A DNA stretch of 64,000 nt, taken from the IMG/VR virus record IMGVR_UViG_3300012662_000008, positions 102,529 through 166,528 of that record. The stretch is one strand, 5' to 3'. The DNA is from a virus. Lineage: Duplodnaviria; Caudoviricetes. This document shows positions 11,443 through 23,685 of the stretch, in pieces (positions within the stretch are counted from its first letter, which is position 1; the number at the start of each line of letters is the position of its first letter). The position numbers and the translations under genes are program-made. The notes beneath the pieces are model-generated. The model made no database searches. It was not told the DNA's origin and saw only the letters and a program-made list of their open reading frames with translations.

Positions 11443-14400
11443 AATTTTCAGGTATTACTCCGTGTTTCTTCCGTCCATATTCATCAGTATATCAACCAAT
11501 ATCTTTCCACTGCTTTTTAACAGTATCGACCTTTCCAACAGTAAGACCAGACATATCTTCATCGCCAAGCTCGCACATGCCTAAACTTGCGATAATATCG
11601 AATTTTCTTTTATTTTCATAAGTATAATTCAACATCTGGTCCAACATTTCATCAAAATCAATTGTATGCCAGTAGTCATTTATAAAAGCAGCAATAAGTT
11701 CCAATTCATGTCGTATAACTGCTTCAGTACCAGGCACTCCAATAAGTTTCTTTGTATTTGGCGATCTTGTGGTCTTCTTGGTAATTGCAAAATCTGGACG
11801 AGCCATAAAAAGATGTTCTTTGTGTTTTTCCCGAAAATAAGTCTGTATCGAGATTTTGGTGTACTCCAACATCGCTTTGCAATCATATCAAGTAAGCAAC
11901 TTCATTGTAAGATCGTATGCTTCACGTATATCTTGTGGTCGATATTTGTACATTGCTACATATTTCGGTTCATTAAGTCCAAAAACACGCTTCTTTATAA
12001 CAACACAGAAATCAGAAACATCACTATCTTGTGCAGAGTCAGATCTACCCATATCAATTGCATCTATTCCAGCAACATATAAGTTTTTATAAGGTTTGTT
12101 TGTTTCTGGATCAATAAGTGGTGGTTCTACAACAAGCAAGTGTGAACTACGACTTTCAACTGCTTTAACTTTGCTCATCGAAACTGCTCCTCCAGCCGTA
12201 TCTCAGAGTAATTGCATTTTCTTCGGTTTTATCCCTGCCCCGTGTATTTTAAGTTGCACAATTCTTTCAGTAATTGCAGCAGCATCAAAAACGTTGTCAC
12301 CATGCTTGGACAACGCTTCACGTGGTATAAAACAGTGTTCTGCGCACTCGTTAAGATAGTCTTTGTCAGAAAGATTTTCTCGCTGCTTTTCATAAAATGC
12401 CTTTAATTTTGGTCAGTTTGTAACTCCTCGATTATCAAGATATTTCGACACAAGACCGAATTTATGTGCAGGTATAAAAAATGCAGTCAGATCTGGTCGC
12501 CCATCATCAGAGTCGTAGTTTTTATAAGGTAGTATGTTATATCCGTTTGGGTTAAGGAACATTGTTCGTAGGCCCTCAAGTTTGACATCATCTCCCAATT
12601 TTGTTATCGTAGTGGTTTTTTATCCTCTACTTCTAAAACTTTTGCTTCGTTTTAGTTCAGCGTACATTTTCACCCGTTCTGGGGTCGAGCACTCTTGGAG
12701 ACATTATATTTATTCAGTCTCTACGCGTTACGGTGCTAAATAACCTTTCGTAATTTATTTAGTTACCTCGGTATTTGCATTCCAGCCTCTACCGATTTTG
12801 CTCGATTTCAAAACAGAAGATCCCTCTTCTGCCAGGCAGAACATTTTATAAATGTCATATTTTCTGTCAAGATAAATTGTAGAGTTAGAGTATAAAAGTC
12901 TACTTACAGCCCTTGCCTTCCTGCTGTTATAATACAGTGTAGATGCTTTTGATAAATATGCATTACAACTATTATTTCTAATATGTCCAGTAATTCCTAA
13001 AAATTGTTCAACGCCTTTTAAAAATTCTTCGGTTCCACAAAAACTTAACTGAAATTTTCTTCCATGTTTTCCAAAGTAGATTCCCAATGAACCATCACCG
13101 TCGCAATATCCTCTAATAAAATCATAAATTAAATTTCGATGTTTAAAGATATTCTCCGGAGGAAATTTTAAAATCAAGGATTTTGCGGGAACGCAACCCT
13201 TATCATATAAAGCTTGTCACATATGTTTATTTCTAACGGAAAACCTGCATATTATAGAACCGTGGTTATCGCACAATCTTGTTTTTGCTTCCGATTTTAA
13301 AAATTTCTTAAATTTATTCATATGATCTAAATCTCCAACAGAAAGATTCATTTCAATTTTATCTTCGTTTTTAGCAATATTACCATCTGCATACATAAAA
13401 CCTAACCAATACGCTTTCTCCTCTGTGTCTATAACATCAAACATTGTTTGGTCTATTTTAACTATATTTGTATAATTTATAACAGGAAGCCCTTTTGCTT
13501 TTATGTATTTTGCAAGAGTTTGTCTTTTAATTCCATACTTTTTATATAACTTTGTCAAACTCCTTTCCTTTTCAGGAGTCTGAAAGTATTCTTCTATAAT
13601 TTTATCTATCAATTCAATATAACGTTCTCTATCCATGATATTACTAGTTATAAAATGTTAATATATTTACCTGTACCAACCGCAAACCTAGTTCCAAACT
13701 TTTGTCCACCCAATGAAACAAGAGCATCACCTTTAATTCAGGAGTCTGTTAAGGCGGGGTTAGATCCACCCTCATCGTAGATCAAACGGTCAGTTCTAGA
13801 TCCTCTCACCTTGTCTGACGTATCTGCCACAATGCTGTTTATCTGGGACATTCACCCATATTCGACATTGTCCTTTGTCTTTTTGGATGCCCTTTTTGTG
13901 TCATTATTGTTTATAACAAGTCTAGCATGCCGCAACCCACCAGTAGTATTCATATTCAGCCAATCAAGCTGTCTTCAGCACTTTTCTCGTAATGGTTGCA
14001 ATTTTGCTTCAGCTGCACAAGTTATGATAACGTTGTAGTTTGGTAGTACTGTATATGGCCTAACTGCTAGATTTGCCAAAATTTCCGATAGCCCTCAATT
14101 TGTTATCCTACCGGCTTTTTATCCGGTAGCTCTTCAGATTTCTCTGAAGTTCAGCGCACATTTTCATCCTTTTTAGGATGCTCCGCACTCGTGGAAGGAT
14201 TATTACTCTCTTTAACGTTCACCTTCTGCGCGTTACGGTACTCAGCGATTAACTGAGTTACCTCGGTATTAACATAATGATTAAATTTATCATACTTTCT
14301 TTTCATAAAGAAGTTTGCGTTTTTATATAGATAATTAAAAATTTTTGGCAATTGTGAAGTTGCAGCACTAAGCGTAAACATATTGTCACGATTGGTATGA

Positions 14401-15763
14401 CAAATATTGCATTTTACATTGTTTTTCTCAAGCTCGTTTTTAATATCTTCTAGCATGCTTTTTGTTTTAGAGACAATTGAAAAATTTGCACGAAACCTCT
14501 CGTTCTTTTTATATTTCAGGTCTGGTTTTATATAATAACCGCTAACACAACCATCTCCGTCGAAATATCCACGTATAAAATGTGGAATCAGATCTTTTGG
14601 TATGTTTGGTATATGATTTTCTGCTCATGTTTTTCTGTAACCGAGCCCAAGAGCAACTAAATCTTGGCAGAGTGTTGTACTGTTTATATCTACACCGTAC
14701 GTTGTTGCACACTCATAAATTTCTCCATGTCTGCCAATTTTTTGTTTTCCGCGTTCAATAACAAACGTTCTTGCAGTTGGACAAATGATATCCTTAAAAT
14801 AGTTAACAATATATGCATCGTCGTAGCTAAGATGTATCCTAAACGTTTTTCGTTTTTCATTTATATTTCCATCGGACGCATATAATCCAAGAAGATATGC
14901 TTGCATCTCTGTTTCGATCTTTGAAAAAAATGTATGGCGCATATATCTCTTACTTCGTATATGCTTTTCCATAGGATAATTATCCTCTATAAACTTAATT
15001 TGTTCTTCTTTATTCATAATAATCGTGATTCAATCACATTTCATTTTAGTTTCTACCGATTTTGCGAAGTTTATTACCTATATATTACTATATAGGAGCA
15101 CATATTATTTATGCCACGGGCTTTTAATATACAAACATCTTTATGTAGTTTTTCGCACATATCTACGTAATGAAAAAACTCATATTGCTTTGCCAGGAAA
15201 GATGGAAATGCCTCTTTTCGACCTGCTCCAGAAACTGCATTTTCAACAACAGTTTCCATTCTATAAAAGTTCAAAAAGAAATAATGATCTCCAGTAATCC
15301 TATATCGTCCAACAGTGTAACCGTTCTTACATCGATCGATTTGTTCCATCCAAAATTCCCTTCATTTTTTTGATCCTTCTGGAAACTCGGTAAAAGCCCC
15401 GTCACGATCATATATAGCAGCCGTTTCTCTAAAAGGAGTCGGGTCAAAATCGAGACCTTTCTGCATTGTAATCGGTCTGTAGCCAGTTAATTCATAAGAA
15501 AGTTCTGGATCGAAATATTGTATTTCTTCGTCAATTGGAACATCTCACTCTTCCCCAGGACGAGCTTTGTGAATATTTGTTTTTGCATTCATCATTTCTT
15601 CGATTTCTGCGTCACTCTGTGCCTGTTGCTCATTTTGCTCTTTAAAAAGTTGCTCAATTAATGCAGCCTCAGATTTCATGCTAAAATCGGGGAGTCTTTT
15701 CTTTTGATCAACAATCCGCTCTTTCTCTGGCGGTAGTTCTATATTTGGTGTTTTTCTAGCCAT
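11357..15763 (-). CDS. terL: Terminase large subunit (exons 15763-15111, 14095-13669, 12595-11357; TGA=Trp)
   Basis: The spliced product restores Walker A LKARG-I|GLSE, Walker B LIYDEGG and GTG|GD, and includes the nuclease motif YVAGIDAID; exact C-terminus is uncertain because it overlaps the next gene and has several TGAs. Confidence 0.88.
12596..13668 (-). mobile_element. Group I intron 2 of terL with LAGLIDADG ORF in the P1 loop
   Basis: Exon ends ACAGGU; IGS GCCUG lies about 830 nt downstream; P3 UCGAGCA/UGCUCGA; P4 AUCGGUA/UACCGAG; P7 GCGUA/UACGC; ends GATAACAAAATTG; removal gives GTG|GDD. Confidence 0.85.
12755..13636 (-). CDS. LAGLIDADG homing endonuclease (293 aa, one TGA=Trp)
   Basis: Motifs AYWLGFMYADGNI and FIRGYCDGDGS; track ORFs 13217..13636 and 12755..13177 share a frame. 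Confidence 0.88.
14096..15110 (-). mobile_element. Group I intron 1 of terL with LAGLIDADG ORF starting in the P5 region
   Basis: P1 GGCAU/GUGCU; P3 CUUCGCA/UGCGGAG; P7 GCGCA/UGCGC; ends GATAACAAATTG; removal gives LKARGIGLSE. Confidence 0.85.
14103..15017 (-). CDS. LAGLIDADG homing endonuclease (TGA=Trp; ends at 14151 if the last TGA is a stop)
   Basis: Motifs AYLLGLYASDGNI and FIRGYFDGDGC; track ORFs 14625..15017 and 14151..14456 share a frame. Confidence 0.88.
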
Positions 15764-15764
15764 A

Positions 15765-16343
15765 CTAATCCAAAAGTCCTAATTTGACATCTCCCCGAAC
15801 TTTTTCGCCACTCTCAGCAAGATCTCTCTTGTGTGTAGCTTCTAGTTCTTGGAGTTGCTTTCGTATTTCGGAGATGGACTTAATATCTGCTATAACGTCT
15901 TTTGGTTTGTATAACGGACGCCCATCTGCATCTATGTCGTTATTAAAATCTATATTATCCAAAAACACCTGCATCTTATGCAGTGTCTTATATGCAGTTT
16001 TAATTAACGATAAAATTGGGTCTGACTCTTGTATTTCTTGGTACTTATGATATGCTGCCAGAAAAAGTTCATCTTTCAGATCATCTTCGCATAATCCAGA
16101 ATCATCCAATGCAGCTTCGTGCTTGTCTTTCTCTAGATATTGAAAGTACGGAGATTTGAAATCCAGAACTAAATAAATATATGTAAACTCCTTATATGCA
16201 CGGAGTCTCATCTTTCCACTCTTATCTTCCTTACACTTATTTCTAGCTATATCTCACAAGTCCTTAAATTCTTTTACAAGTAGGACACTATACTCTTCTA
16301 TTGTTAACTTATTTTCTGCGTTATCAAACACAAAAAAATTCAT
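15765..16343 (-). CDS. Hypothetical protein immediately upstream of terL (possible small-terminase-like; TGA=Trp)
   Basis: ATG at 16343; EFKDL(TGA)DIARNK joins track ORF 15765..16211; function suggested by position only. Confidence 0.65.
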
Positions 16344-16996
16344 TACTTCTTATCTGCTGCGTTTTTCATTGGGAAACCAGGTTTGATTCCCGCCTTCTCT
16401 AAAAGTGCTCCAACATAGTTAACTACAGCCGCAGAGTCTGCACCATGCAGATCATTGAATGGGCCATATCCATTATAAACGGACGTTACTCCATTTTTAT
16501 CGGCGTTAACATATAGATGGTTATCCAGGTAGTCGCCCATTGCGACATTAAAATCACTATTCGGATCTTTCTTTTGATTCACAGTTAATGATTTACGTGT
16601 TGGAGCAGCCTCTACTTGAACGGTCCCGTCCGATCCGTATTCTTGTGAAACATACTTGTTTCTTGAAATTCATTCTGGAACTTTTGTTTTTGTGCCATCC
16701 TGCGCTTTAACTAAAAGTTGTTCCAACTTCCCACCCTTCTTAAAAAGACCTGCCTGTTGTGCGGCTTGAGCAGCAACTTGATCGATCTGATCGTGGTATT
16801 GTGAGTAGATTGTTACAACTCCCTGCAAAAGCTCTTTATCTTCCTGGAGCATCTGCATTGCTTGTTGTGGCTGTTTCTTGATCTGGGCAACTAACTCATC
16901 CGGGAAATCTGCACCAGCTTGTTTGAATGCCTGTGCATATATTTCTGGAACTAAACAAAACGTCTGTGCAGCTGCTTGTAGTGTTTTTTCATCCAT
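16343..16996 (-). CDS. Hypothetical, possibly virion-associated protein (TGA=Trp)
   Basis: Track ORFs 16670..16996 and 16343..16582 join through one TGA; FKKGGKL and KAQDG motifs. Confidence 0.65.
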
Positions 16997-16997
16997 A

Positions 16998-17234
16998 TTA
17001 AATGTGTACTAAATCCTTTGTAGAGAAAACTGCCTCTTGCAGTTCCCCATCTTTTGAAAACCACCTACAACGCAGGCCAGTAAAAATAGACTCACGTTCG
17101 GATGATTCTTTATTTATAAAAGTTTTTGTAACTTTTTCTACAACGTACATTGCTGGTCTATTATCCAGCTCTTCGTGTCGTACCACTACTATATCTCCGG
17201 GCACGAAATAGATCTTGTCATTTTCAGTGATCAT
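16998..17234 (-). CDS. YodC/DUF2158-like small protein
   Basis: F-x-PGDIV...CRWFSKDGELQEAVF pattern. Confidence 0.6.
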   Translation of the reverse strand: MITENDKIYFVPGDIVVVRHEELDNRPAMYVVEKVTKTFINKESSERESIFTGLRCRWFSKDGELQEAVFSTKDLVHI

Positions 17235-17235
17235 A

Positions 17236-17622
17236 TTACTTTTTAACTATTCTACATATTATATTTGTTTCATTAATTGCTCGATATCCCTTGTTCCTAA
17301 AAGGAATCGGTTGTGCAATCATTTTAACAGCAATAACATCATCTCCTACATTAACATATTTGCATGCTGGTCCTACTGCAACAACCTTGGCAACAGCCAT
17401 ATATTCTTCAGAGTCCTCCATTTCTCCGGTCTCATTCGATTTATATCGCTTGTTCCCTTCCAATCCTAAAATCAATCCACTCTCAGTCTTTTCTAGTTCG
17501 CGATATGGATTTTCATCATAAAATTTCAGGATCACATTCATATTGCATGGCGTTATCTCAACTTCATCTGTGTTAATATCTTTTATATTCTTTTCTAAAA
17601 TTGTTTTTGCTACGTTATTCAT
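17236..17622 (-). CDS. groES: GroES-like co-chaperonin
   Basis: EKTESGLIL mobile loop and AKVVAVGP...VNVGDDVI. Confidence 0.8.
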   Translation of the reverse strand: MNNVAKTILEKNIKDINTDEVEITPCNMNVILKFYDENPYRELEKTESGLILGLEGNKRYKSNETGEMEDSEEYMAVAKVVAVGPACKYVNVGDDVIAVKMIAQPIPFRNKGYRAINETNIICRIVKK

Positions 17623-17839
17623 TTCACTTGTTCATTAAACATTTTTCATCTTTCACTCTAGTCTTGGCTGACAAAAGGCATCCACAGAGACTGCAGATCG
17701 CTTCGTTTTTTGTCAGTCTTATGCGCTGATCGCAGCTAGCGCATATATCTAGCCTTTTCTTGGCTAGTGCTGTATTTCTTTTAAAAAGCCAGTTCCATCA
17801 ACCGACTATTATATGTTTTATTTCTATAAAAATATTCAT
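17615..17839 (-). CDS. Small Cys-rich Zn-binding protein (TGA=Trp)
   Basis: RLDICASC...CSLCGCLLSAKTR...KCLMNK(TGA); paralog of the adjacent gene. Confidence 0.7.
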
Positions 17840-18054
17840 TATCAAAATCCTGCTACACAATGACTATCTACGTGAGGTGTTTTTTTCTCCAAAAAACATC
17901 CGCAACCTTTAACATATCCTTCCTTTGGCAAAAAGGAGGTCTTACCTTCTTTATTTATATATTTACTAGAATTGCAAACTGGGCCAAACTGGCTCATTTT
18001 GTACAACCCACATTTTTCACATATTGCCAACCGTTTTTCAGAAAGTGTACTCAT
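17839..18054 (-). CDS. Small Cys-rich Zn-binding protein
   Basis: RLAICEKC...GCGCFLEKK...HCVAGF(TGA)-TAA. Confidence 0.7.
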
Positions 18055-19004
18055 TATATTATAAAAGGTTTATCGCGGTCTAATTCCGCTTGGATTTTCT
18101 TTTGTTTCTTGTAGTGAGCAATCATATGCTCAACGTCCTCTTTAAGATATTGGCACGGATATTCAACCTCTGTGCCGTCGTCCTTCAACTGTACAATCAT
18201 AAGACCTTTTACAACTAAGTCGGGCCTTTGCTGCTGTATCATTCATGCATACAGGCTCGTTTGCAATTGATAATGGTTAAAATTGCAATCATCTAGGTTG
18301 TTTAACGGAAATTGCATTTTAACACTTTTCCCTGTTTTTTTGTTAAAATAGCTTTTTTTATCAATTGTTTTAGATGTTTTTCAATCAATAATATATAAGT
18401 CTGTCCCATGTACAACAACTAGATCAGATATTCCTGCAAGCATCAACTCCCCGTCATCAGATTGCCATTGTATAAGAAATTCTGGATAAACTCCATTCTG
18501 GAGATCAAGTTTGTAGTAATTTTCTCTACACTCAAATTCTCCTTTTAAGTCTTTATAACCGTACTTTCCAAAATCAAACTGATTTTTGTTATAAAAAGAC
18601 AATTCTTTCTTCTCGTGTGCAAGAGTTCCCTTTATGCAGGCATCGTTCCTTTTTCTCTCGTACTCGGCGAGTATTTCAGATTTCTTTTGTTCAAAATCAG
18701 CTAAGTTAACGCCTAATTTACTAAGTAAACGCAGGTCGAACCGTTTTGTAGTAAGAAGAGTTGTTTTAATTGGCAACCAAACTTCCATTGGAAGCAGTGC
18801 CTCCAATGCTTTATAAGACGATCAAAAATTTTCATCGAATGGCTGTCCGTACGAATTTACAATGGTTGTGCAAGAAACGTACGTTTTCATTGTTTCTTTA
18901 TTGTAGTACTTATGCTGTTCGTCATTAAAAAAACAAACGTCGTTTTCTTTATCTATTTTTATATCTTTAAAAAACCTTTCTTTTTCATTGTGTCCTGCTG
19001 GCAT
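18054..19004 (-). CDS. PD-(D/E)XK family exonuclease (316 aa, TGA=Trp)
   Basis: GTLAH, LAGISDLV...IID(TGA)KT and YQLQTSLYA motifs; three track fragments in one frame. Confidence 0.85.
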
Positions 19005-19252
19005 AATTCATTTTCATTAAACATTAATTATCTTTTAAACTTCTTTATTATATCGTTGTACGGATTTGGAGAAACATTATCATATCATTTATAATTTTCA
19101 TTGAGCTCTTTTATTAATTCATCTTGGCTCATTTTTGTTTCTTCCAAAAACTCAACTCACGAATATATGTATCCGAAAAAATATCACAATTATCTAATTG
19201 CGTTTTTTGTTTGTTGTTTTCCTTTCTACTATAATCATCTGCTGGCTGTATC

Positions 19253-19753
19253 TTATTCGCCAGATTCTGATATTTCTTTATTTTCATCACTTTTTGTTAT
19301 TGACAACGTTCCAATCTTTCTAACATCATAACCCTTTTCACGGGCAATTTCAGAAAATTCTTTGTTATTAAACAAACTTTCATTGTTTTCTTTACATCTG
19401 GCAAAAACTTCGTCTCCGAAACCTTTCTCAGGTTCCCTTAAAGGACATAATGAATTGATACACAACGCGTTAGAACATTGCATTAGGTCTGATTTTAATC
19501 CGTTTATTTCTTCATGAGCCTTTGCATTCATTTCAAAAAGTTCACGATTTCGACTCTCTTGACTCTTAATTGTTTCTTGCATTGCACGAAAAGCATCTGC
19601 ATAAGATTGCATCTCTGTCTGTTTAGTGGCAGCCTCGATTGCCTTGTTATCTATTTCTGGTTTTCTCTTAGCTGCCTTAGGGTTTAAAAGAAACATAAAA
19701 CTTCCACCAGTTAATGCTCCTATTATCATTGATATTATAGATACCCAATCCAT
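19253..19753 (-). CDS. N-terminal membrane anchor plus coiled-coil protein (holin-like candidate)
   Basis: Hydrophobic N-terminus WVSIISMIIGALTGGSFMFLL followed by a coiled coil. Confidence 0.5.
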   Translation of the reverse strand: MDWVSIISMIIGALTGGSFMFLLNPKAAKRKPEIDNKAIEAATKQTEMQSYADAFRAMQETIKSQESRNRELFEMNAKAHEEINGLKSDLMQCSNALCINSLCPLREPEKGFGDEVFARCKENNESLFNNKEFSEIAREKGYDVRKIGTLSITKSDENKEISESGE

Positions 19754-19805
19754 TCATATATTTGTTATTAGTTTTAGTTTATTAACTTATTGTTCCATTC
19801 TGCCG

Positions 19806-19874
19806 CAAATATATAAAAAATAATTGATTTCTGCAACTTTTGTTTTGTTATTCTCCAGATTTTTTATATATTTG
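19806..19874. promoter_or_regulatory. Divergent Bacteroidota-type promoters (-7 TAnnTTTG)
   Basis: TATATTTG on minus at 19806-19813 and on plus at 19867-19874, between divergent genes. Confidence 0.65.
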
Positions 19875-19897
19875 CAGATCATTAAAAATAAAATATT

Positions 19898-20134
19898 ATG
19901 GACATATTTAGACTACTTAACTTAGTTGGGGCATACACCCCAATTCCTGCTTTTAGAGATGGCGGTCTTATAAAAGCAAAATCTGGTATTCATATAAAAC
20001 CAGAAAATGAGGGGAAATTAACAAACCTAAAAAAGAGAACAGGAAAAACAGAGGCTGAACTCTGAAAAGATGGCGATGCATCCGTTAGAAAGATGATCAC
20101 ATTCGCTAGAAATGCAAGAAAGTGAAAACATTAA
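19898..20134 (+). CDS. Small basic protein (78 aa, two TGA=Trp)
   Basis: FRDGG...IHIKPENEGK...FARNARK(TGA)KH-TAA. Confidence 0.7.
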
Positions 20135-20520
20135 TGAAAGTTATTTATAACAAAATTTTGCCGGTGCCTGGATTTTATGCTATCACGATCCTAAAATGGA
20201 TTTTTATTAGAGAAGAGTACAGAAAGTACGATGGCACAGAGACTTACAAAAGAATGCTTAGACACGAGGGGGTCCATTATGCACAGATAATGGATTTTAC
20301 TCCAGATTGTTTTCCAGAATGGCTTAGGCTTTTAATTGGGGGAATTTGTTTTTATCTCCTTTACTTGCTTGAGTGGCTTTGGAAACTTATCCCTTGCGCA
20401 ATTAAAAAGCATGATGCTTACAGAATGATTTCTTTTGAACAGGAAGCATACGAGCACGAAAATGAACTAGATTATAAAAGAAAGAGATTTGATTGAATTA
20501 AAAATATTTTTAAAATATAA
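20134..20520 (+). CDS. HExxH-containing membrane protein
   Basis: RHEGVH...FYLLYLLEW...AYRMISFEQEAY; reads through TGA 20494 to TAA 20520. Confidence 0.7.
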
Positions 20521-20525
20521 TTTTT

Positions 20526-21821
20526 ATGGCAACTTATCAACAAGCAAAAGCTTATTATCAAAAGCACGCAGATAAAGATACAATAAGAAAGATTCAGCAG
20601 TTTCTTGCTGTAAGAAATTCCAATGGTAATGGGGGCGTGAAACAATCCAATATAGGAGAGTCTTTCTATAATGGAGATTTAGATGGAATTTTTGGACCAG
20701 AAACATATAAGGCGATTCTGGAATACCAGAAAGCTATGGGAACAAATGCAGATGGAATGTGGGGGGAATCAACAAACAGTTTTCACCGAGTTTTAAATGC
20801 AACTAACTCGCCATATAGAGATGATGCCTCTGGGCCTTCTGGGGCACATTCTGGTTTTGTGAGAGGAGTCAATACTGGTCAGAAGTCACCTGCACCTCGA
20901 AAGAAGTGGGCTACACAAAACGATATGTATAGAGATATACAGGCACTTAAAGAAAGATATTATGGCCAGGGGGGCGAGGATTGGTTTTGATCCGAAGATC
21001 CATCGGCAACACAGTGGCGGGAATTTTTGGGATCTACACCTCAAGGCCAAGACATTTTTAACGAATTTTATGAAGACGCCGTTTCTAGAGGAAAGAAGCC
21101 GGATCGTAGACTTATGACAACTAAACAAAAACAGTTTGCATATAACACTGGCATTCGAGACGCAATTAACAAGGGAGGAAGGACAGTTGCTACTGTCGCA
21201 GGAGGATTAGCTTTACCATTGTCCTTCGCAGCAGCACCACTAGCCACTGCGTTTGGTGTTGCGGGAAGCGCCCTTGGTAGTAAAATCGGCGGAGACCTCG
21301 CTGCAAATTTACATGAAGGAGACACATCTGGGTTTACTACAGCTGATCAATATTATGGGCAAATCGCCACAGCAATACCTGCCGAGAATTACCATAGACC
21401 ATTTGGTCAAATTATTGGTGGTACCGTTGGTGGCCTTGCAGGAGGTACGTTTGGTAGTAATTTTGAGCCAGGATTACCAAGATTAGGTTATGGCAGAAAT
21501 AGCTACGGAACTTCAGGGAAAGTTTATACTACCCCGAGATCTATGTATCGAGATGCAGTTACTGGTAGAGGCGTAAACCCATCAGAAATTTATTCTGTTC
21601 CAACAGGCGCAGAATGGCAACCTAGAATCGCCGATACTCCAGGACTTGTAGGAAGTAGCCGATTGCATGTTGGGCAGTTTGCACCAAAATCTTGGCGGAA
21701 TCCATCTGTTGAATTTGTGAATTATTTAGAAGGTGCCGGTGGGAATCCAGCGTACTCACCAACCGCGCAAACCATGTTCTCCTTTAAAAGGGGAGGAATT
21801 TTATGTAGAAATAATTATTAA
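20526..21821 (+). CDS. Peptidoglycan-binding domain protein with Gly-zipper segments (431 aa, TGA=Trp)
   Basis: DGIFGPETYKAILEYQKAMG..ADGMWG; track ORFs 20526..20990 and 21027..21821 share a frame. Confidence 0.75.
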
Positions 21822-21825
21822 AAAC

Positions 21826-21856
21826 AGAAAACCCAGGCCTAATGGTCTGGGTTTAT
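21826..21856. terminator. Bidirectional terminator between convergent genes
   Basis: AAACCCAGGCC-TAAT-GGTCTGGGTTT hairpin. Confidence 0.65.
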
Positions 21857-23263
21857 TTGTTTATTAAGTTCATTTTGTATATATAAAAAAGTAGGATCTG
21901 CTACCAGTGCCTTTTTAGGCAACGGGTCCTCAAAAGAAAGGGCTACTCCCTCTTTTGCTTTATTATAGTTCTCGTTATTTTTATGTTTATTTATATCTTT
22001 TCTCTCCAAAATAAAATTAACGTAATCTCTCGTTTCCTTCGGGAGGTGTTCAAGTCAGTCCAGACTTTGATATATATCTTTTCCTGCCCGTTTTGCTTTA
22101 TTAAGAGCATTTATTGTATTTCTTCTTCCATAATTATATGCGGCTAATGTTTTAGCCCACAAAACTCTGTCAGATGGATTTCCTTTTGTAAAAACATCAG
22201 AAGCTATATCGCGACCAATTCTCCAGTCTCGTACTTTTTGATTGTCTTCTGGGTTATCTAGGTCTATTTTTATTTTTGGATTTGCCTGTAAGTAATCCGC
22301 TAGTGCAGCCGGCATAATTTGAAAAAGCCCCTTTGCTCCTTTTGGACTTTTGCCAGTAGAAGAAAAATTGTTTTCCATAAAAGCCTGCCTCATTCCTATT
22401 TCATTGGCATCTATGTGTTCTCCACGAGTATCTGCCGGCAACAATTTCCCCCATTGAAATTTCGGCAACTTTGTTCCTTTCTTAGCAAAAATACTCTCCT
22501 CAGCAGCACGTACCCTTCTATCTAGATTTCCAGATCCCGATTTTCCGTACATCTCCTTGTGTTTTTTCGCATATTTTGCTTCTATTTTTGAAACACGGGC
22601 ATATAAGTCATCTAGGCTAGATATATTTCTCTCGTTTGCCCCTGTGTATTGCGCATAAGTATATGCTGTCGCATCTTTTGCTGTTTGGGCTTTTCTAAGG
22701 TTGTTTAGATAATCACTGTATTTGTTTTGTATCTCGTCTATTGCAAAATCTAGCTGCGTTTTCAGATCGGCAACTCCACCATGCTCTGCTACGTAACGAG
22801 CAAAATCATCATGCCTGGATCCTGTTCATTGCCCAATTCCAATTCCGTATTGATTTGATTTTACAGAACTGTTCTTTCCTGCCTTCTCCTCTTTGTTTTC
22901 TGCATTTATATTAAACCCAGATTCTGCCTGCCAAACCCCTACTAAACCTGCTGCCTGTTCCTTTGTAAGACCTAATTTCTGCTGAAGATATTTACTAGCA
23001 GCGTGCCGCATGCCTAGATTAGTAGTATTGGAAAAGTCTATTTCAGCCCCCTGGGGTTTCTCTTGGGAAACCGTTTCTACTTGGGGTGTGTTTTCCTGTG
23101 TTTCTGTAGGCGTTTCTACCTGAGTGTCTTCCGGGGTTTCTGCAGATTGTGTTGTTTCTTGTGTTTTTGGTCGGAATCTTGGTTGATATCCTATTATTGG
23201 CTCCTCTGGTTCCTGTGTTGAACTTGAAAAGTCTTTATTTACTGTTGCTTGGTATTGTATCAT
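21839..23263 (-). CDS. Two-domain peptidoglycan hydrolase: phage tail lysozyme plus SLT transglycosylase (TGA=Trp)
   Basis: QAAGLVGVWQAESG...GIGIGQ(TGA)TGSR; SPKGAKGLFQIMP, LAAYNYG and LPKETRDYV. Confidence 0.85.
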
Positions 23264-23685
23264 TACTTCTTTATTTCGAATTTCATTTTTCTCTGTTTTC
23301 CATCATTATTGAACAATCCAAAATGCAATCACTTGCTCTTTCCAGATTGCTCAATAATGCACTGATCCCAGCTTTTACTAGCGTCCAGATAAGAAAGGAC
23401 AAACTTACAAAAAGCATCAAACTGACCATTTATTGGTCAGAGATCAACTGCATTTCCTGTTGTGTGTGCCGAAGTCGGAACGCCGCCTACAGCCTTGTTA
23501 AGAGCAGGGCATCTATATCCAGAGTTAATTCTAATTCCGGATCCCCATTTCTCTCTAAGAGAGTTCAGAAAATCTATAAGTCTTTTAAGGTTCTCTTCTA
23601 CTTGCTTTGTAGGAGTATTATCTATGTGCTTTGCTACTGCTGTATCGGAGTAGCAGAGTTCTTGTACTGTGAAATATTGTTTCAT
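23263..23685 (-). CDS. Endolysin, peptidase M15A family (140 aa, two TGA=Trp)
   Basis: INSGYRCPALNKAVGG..SAH..GNAVD and C-terminal (TGA)LHFG zinc-ligand motif. Confidence 0.85.

Noticed and set aside
12596-15110. LAGLIDADG ORFs interpreted as inteins
   Set aside because: They have their own ATG and stop, are not fused in frame to TerL, and are embedded in group I RNA elements
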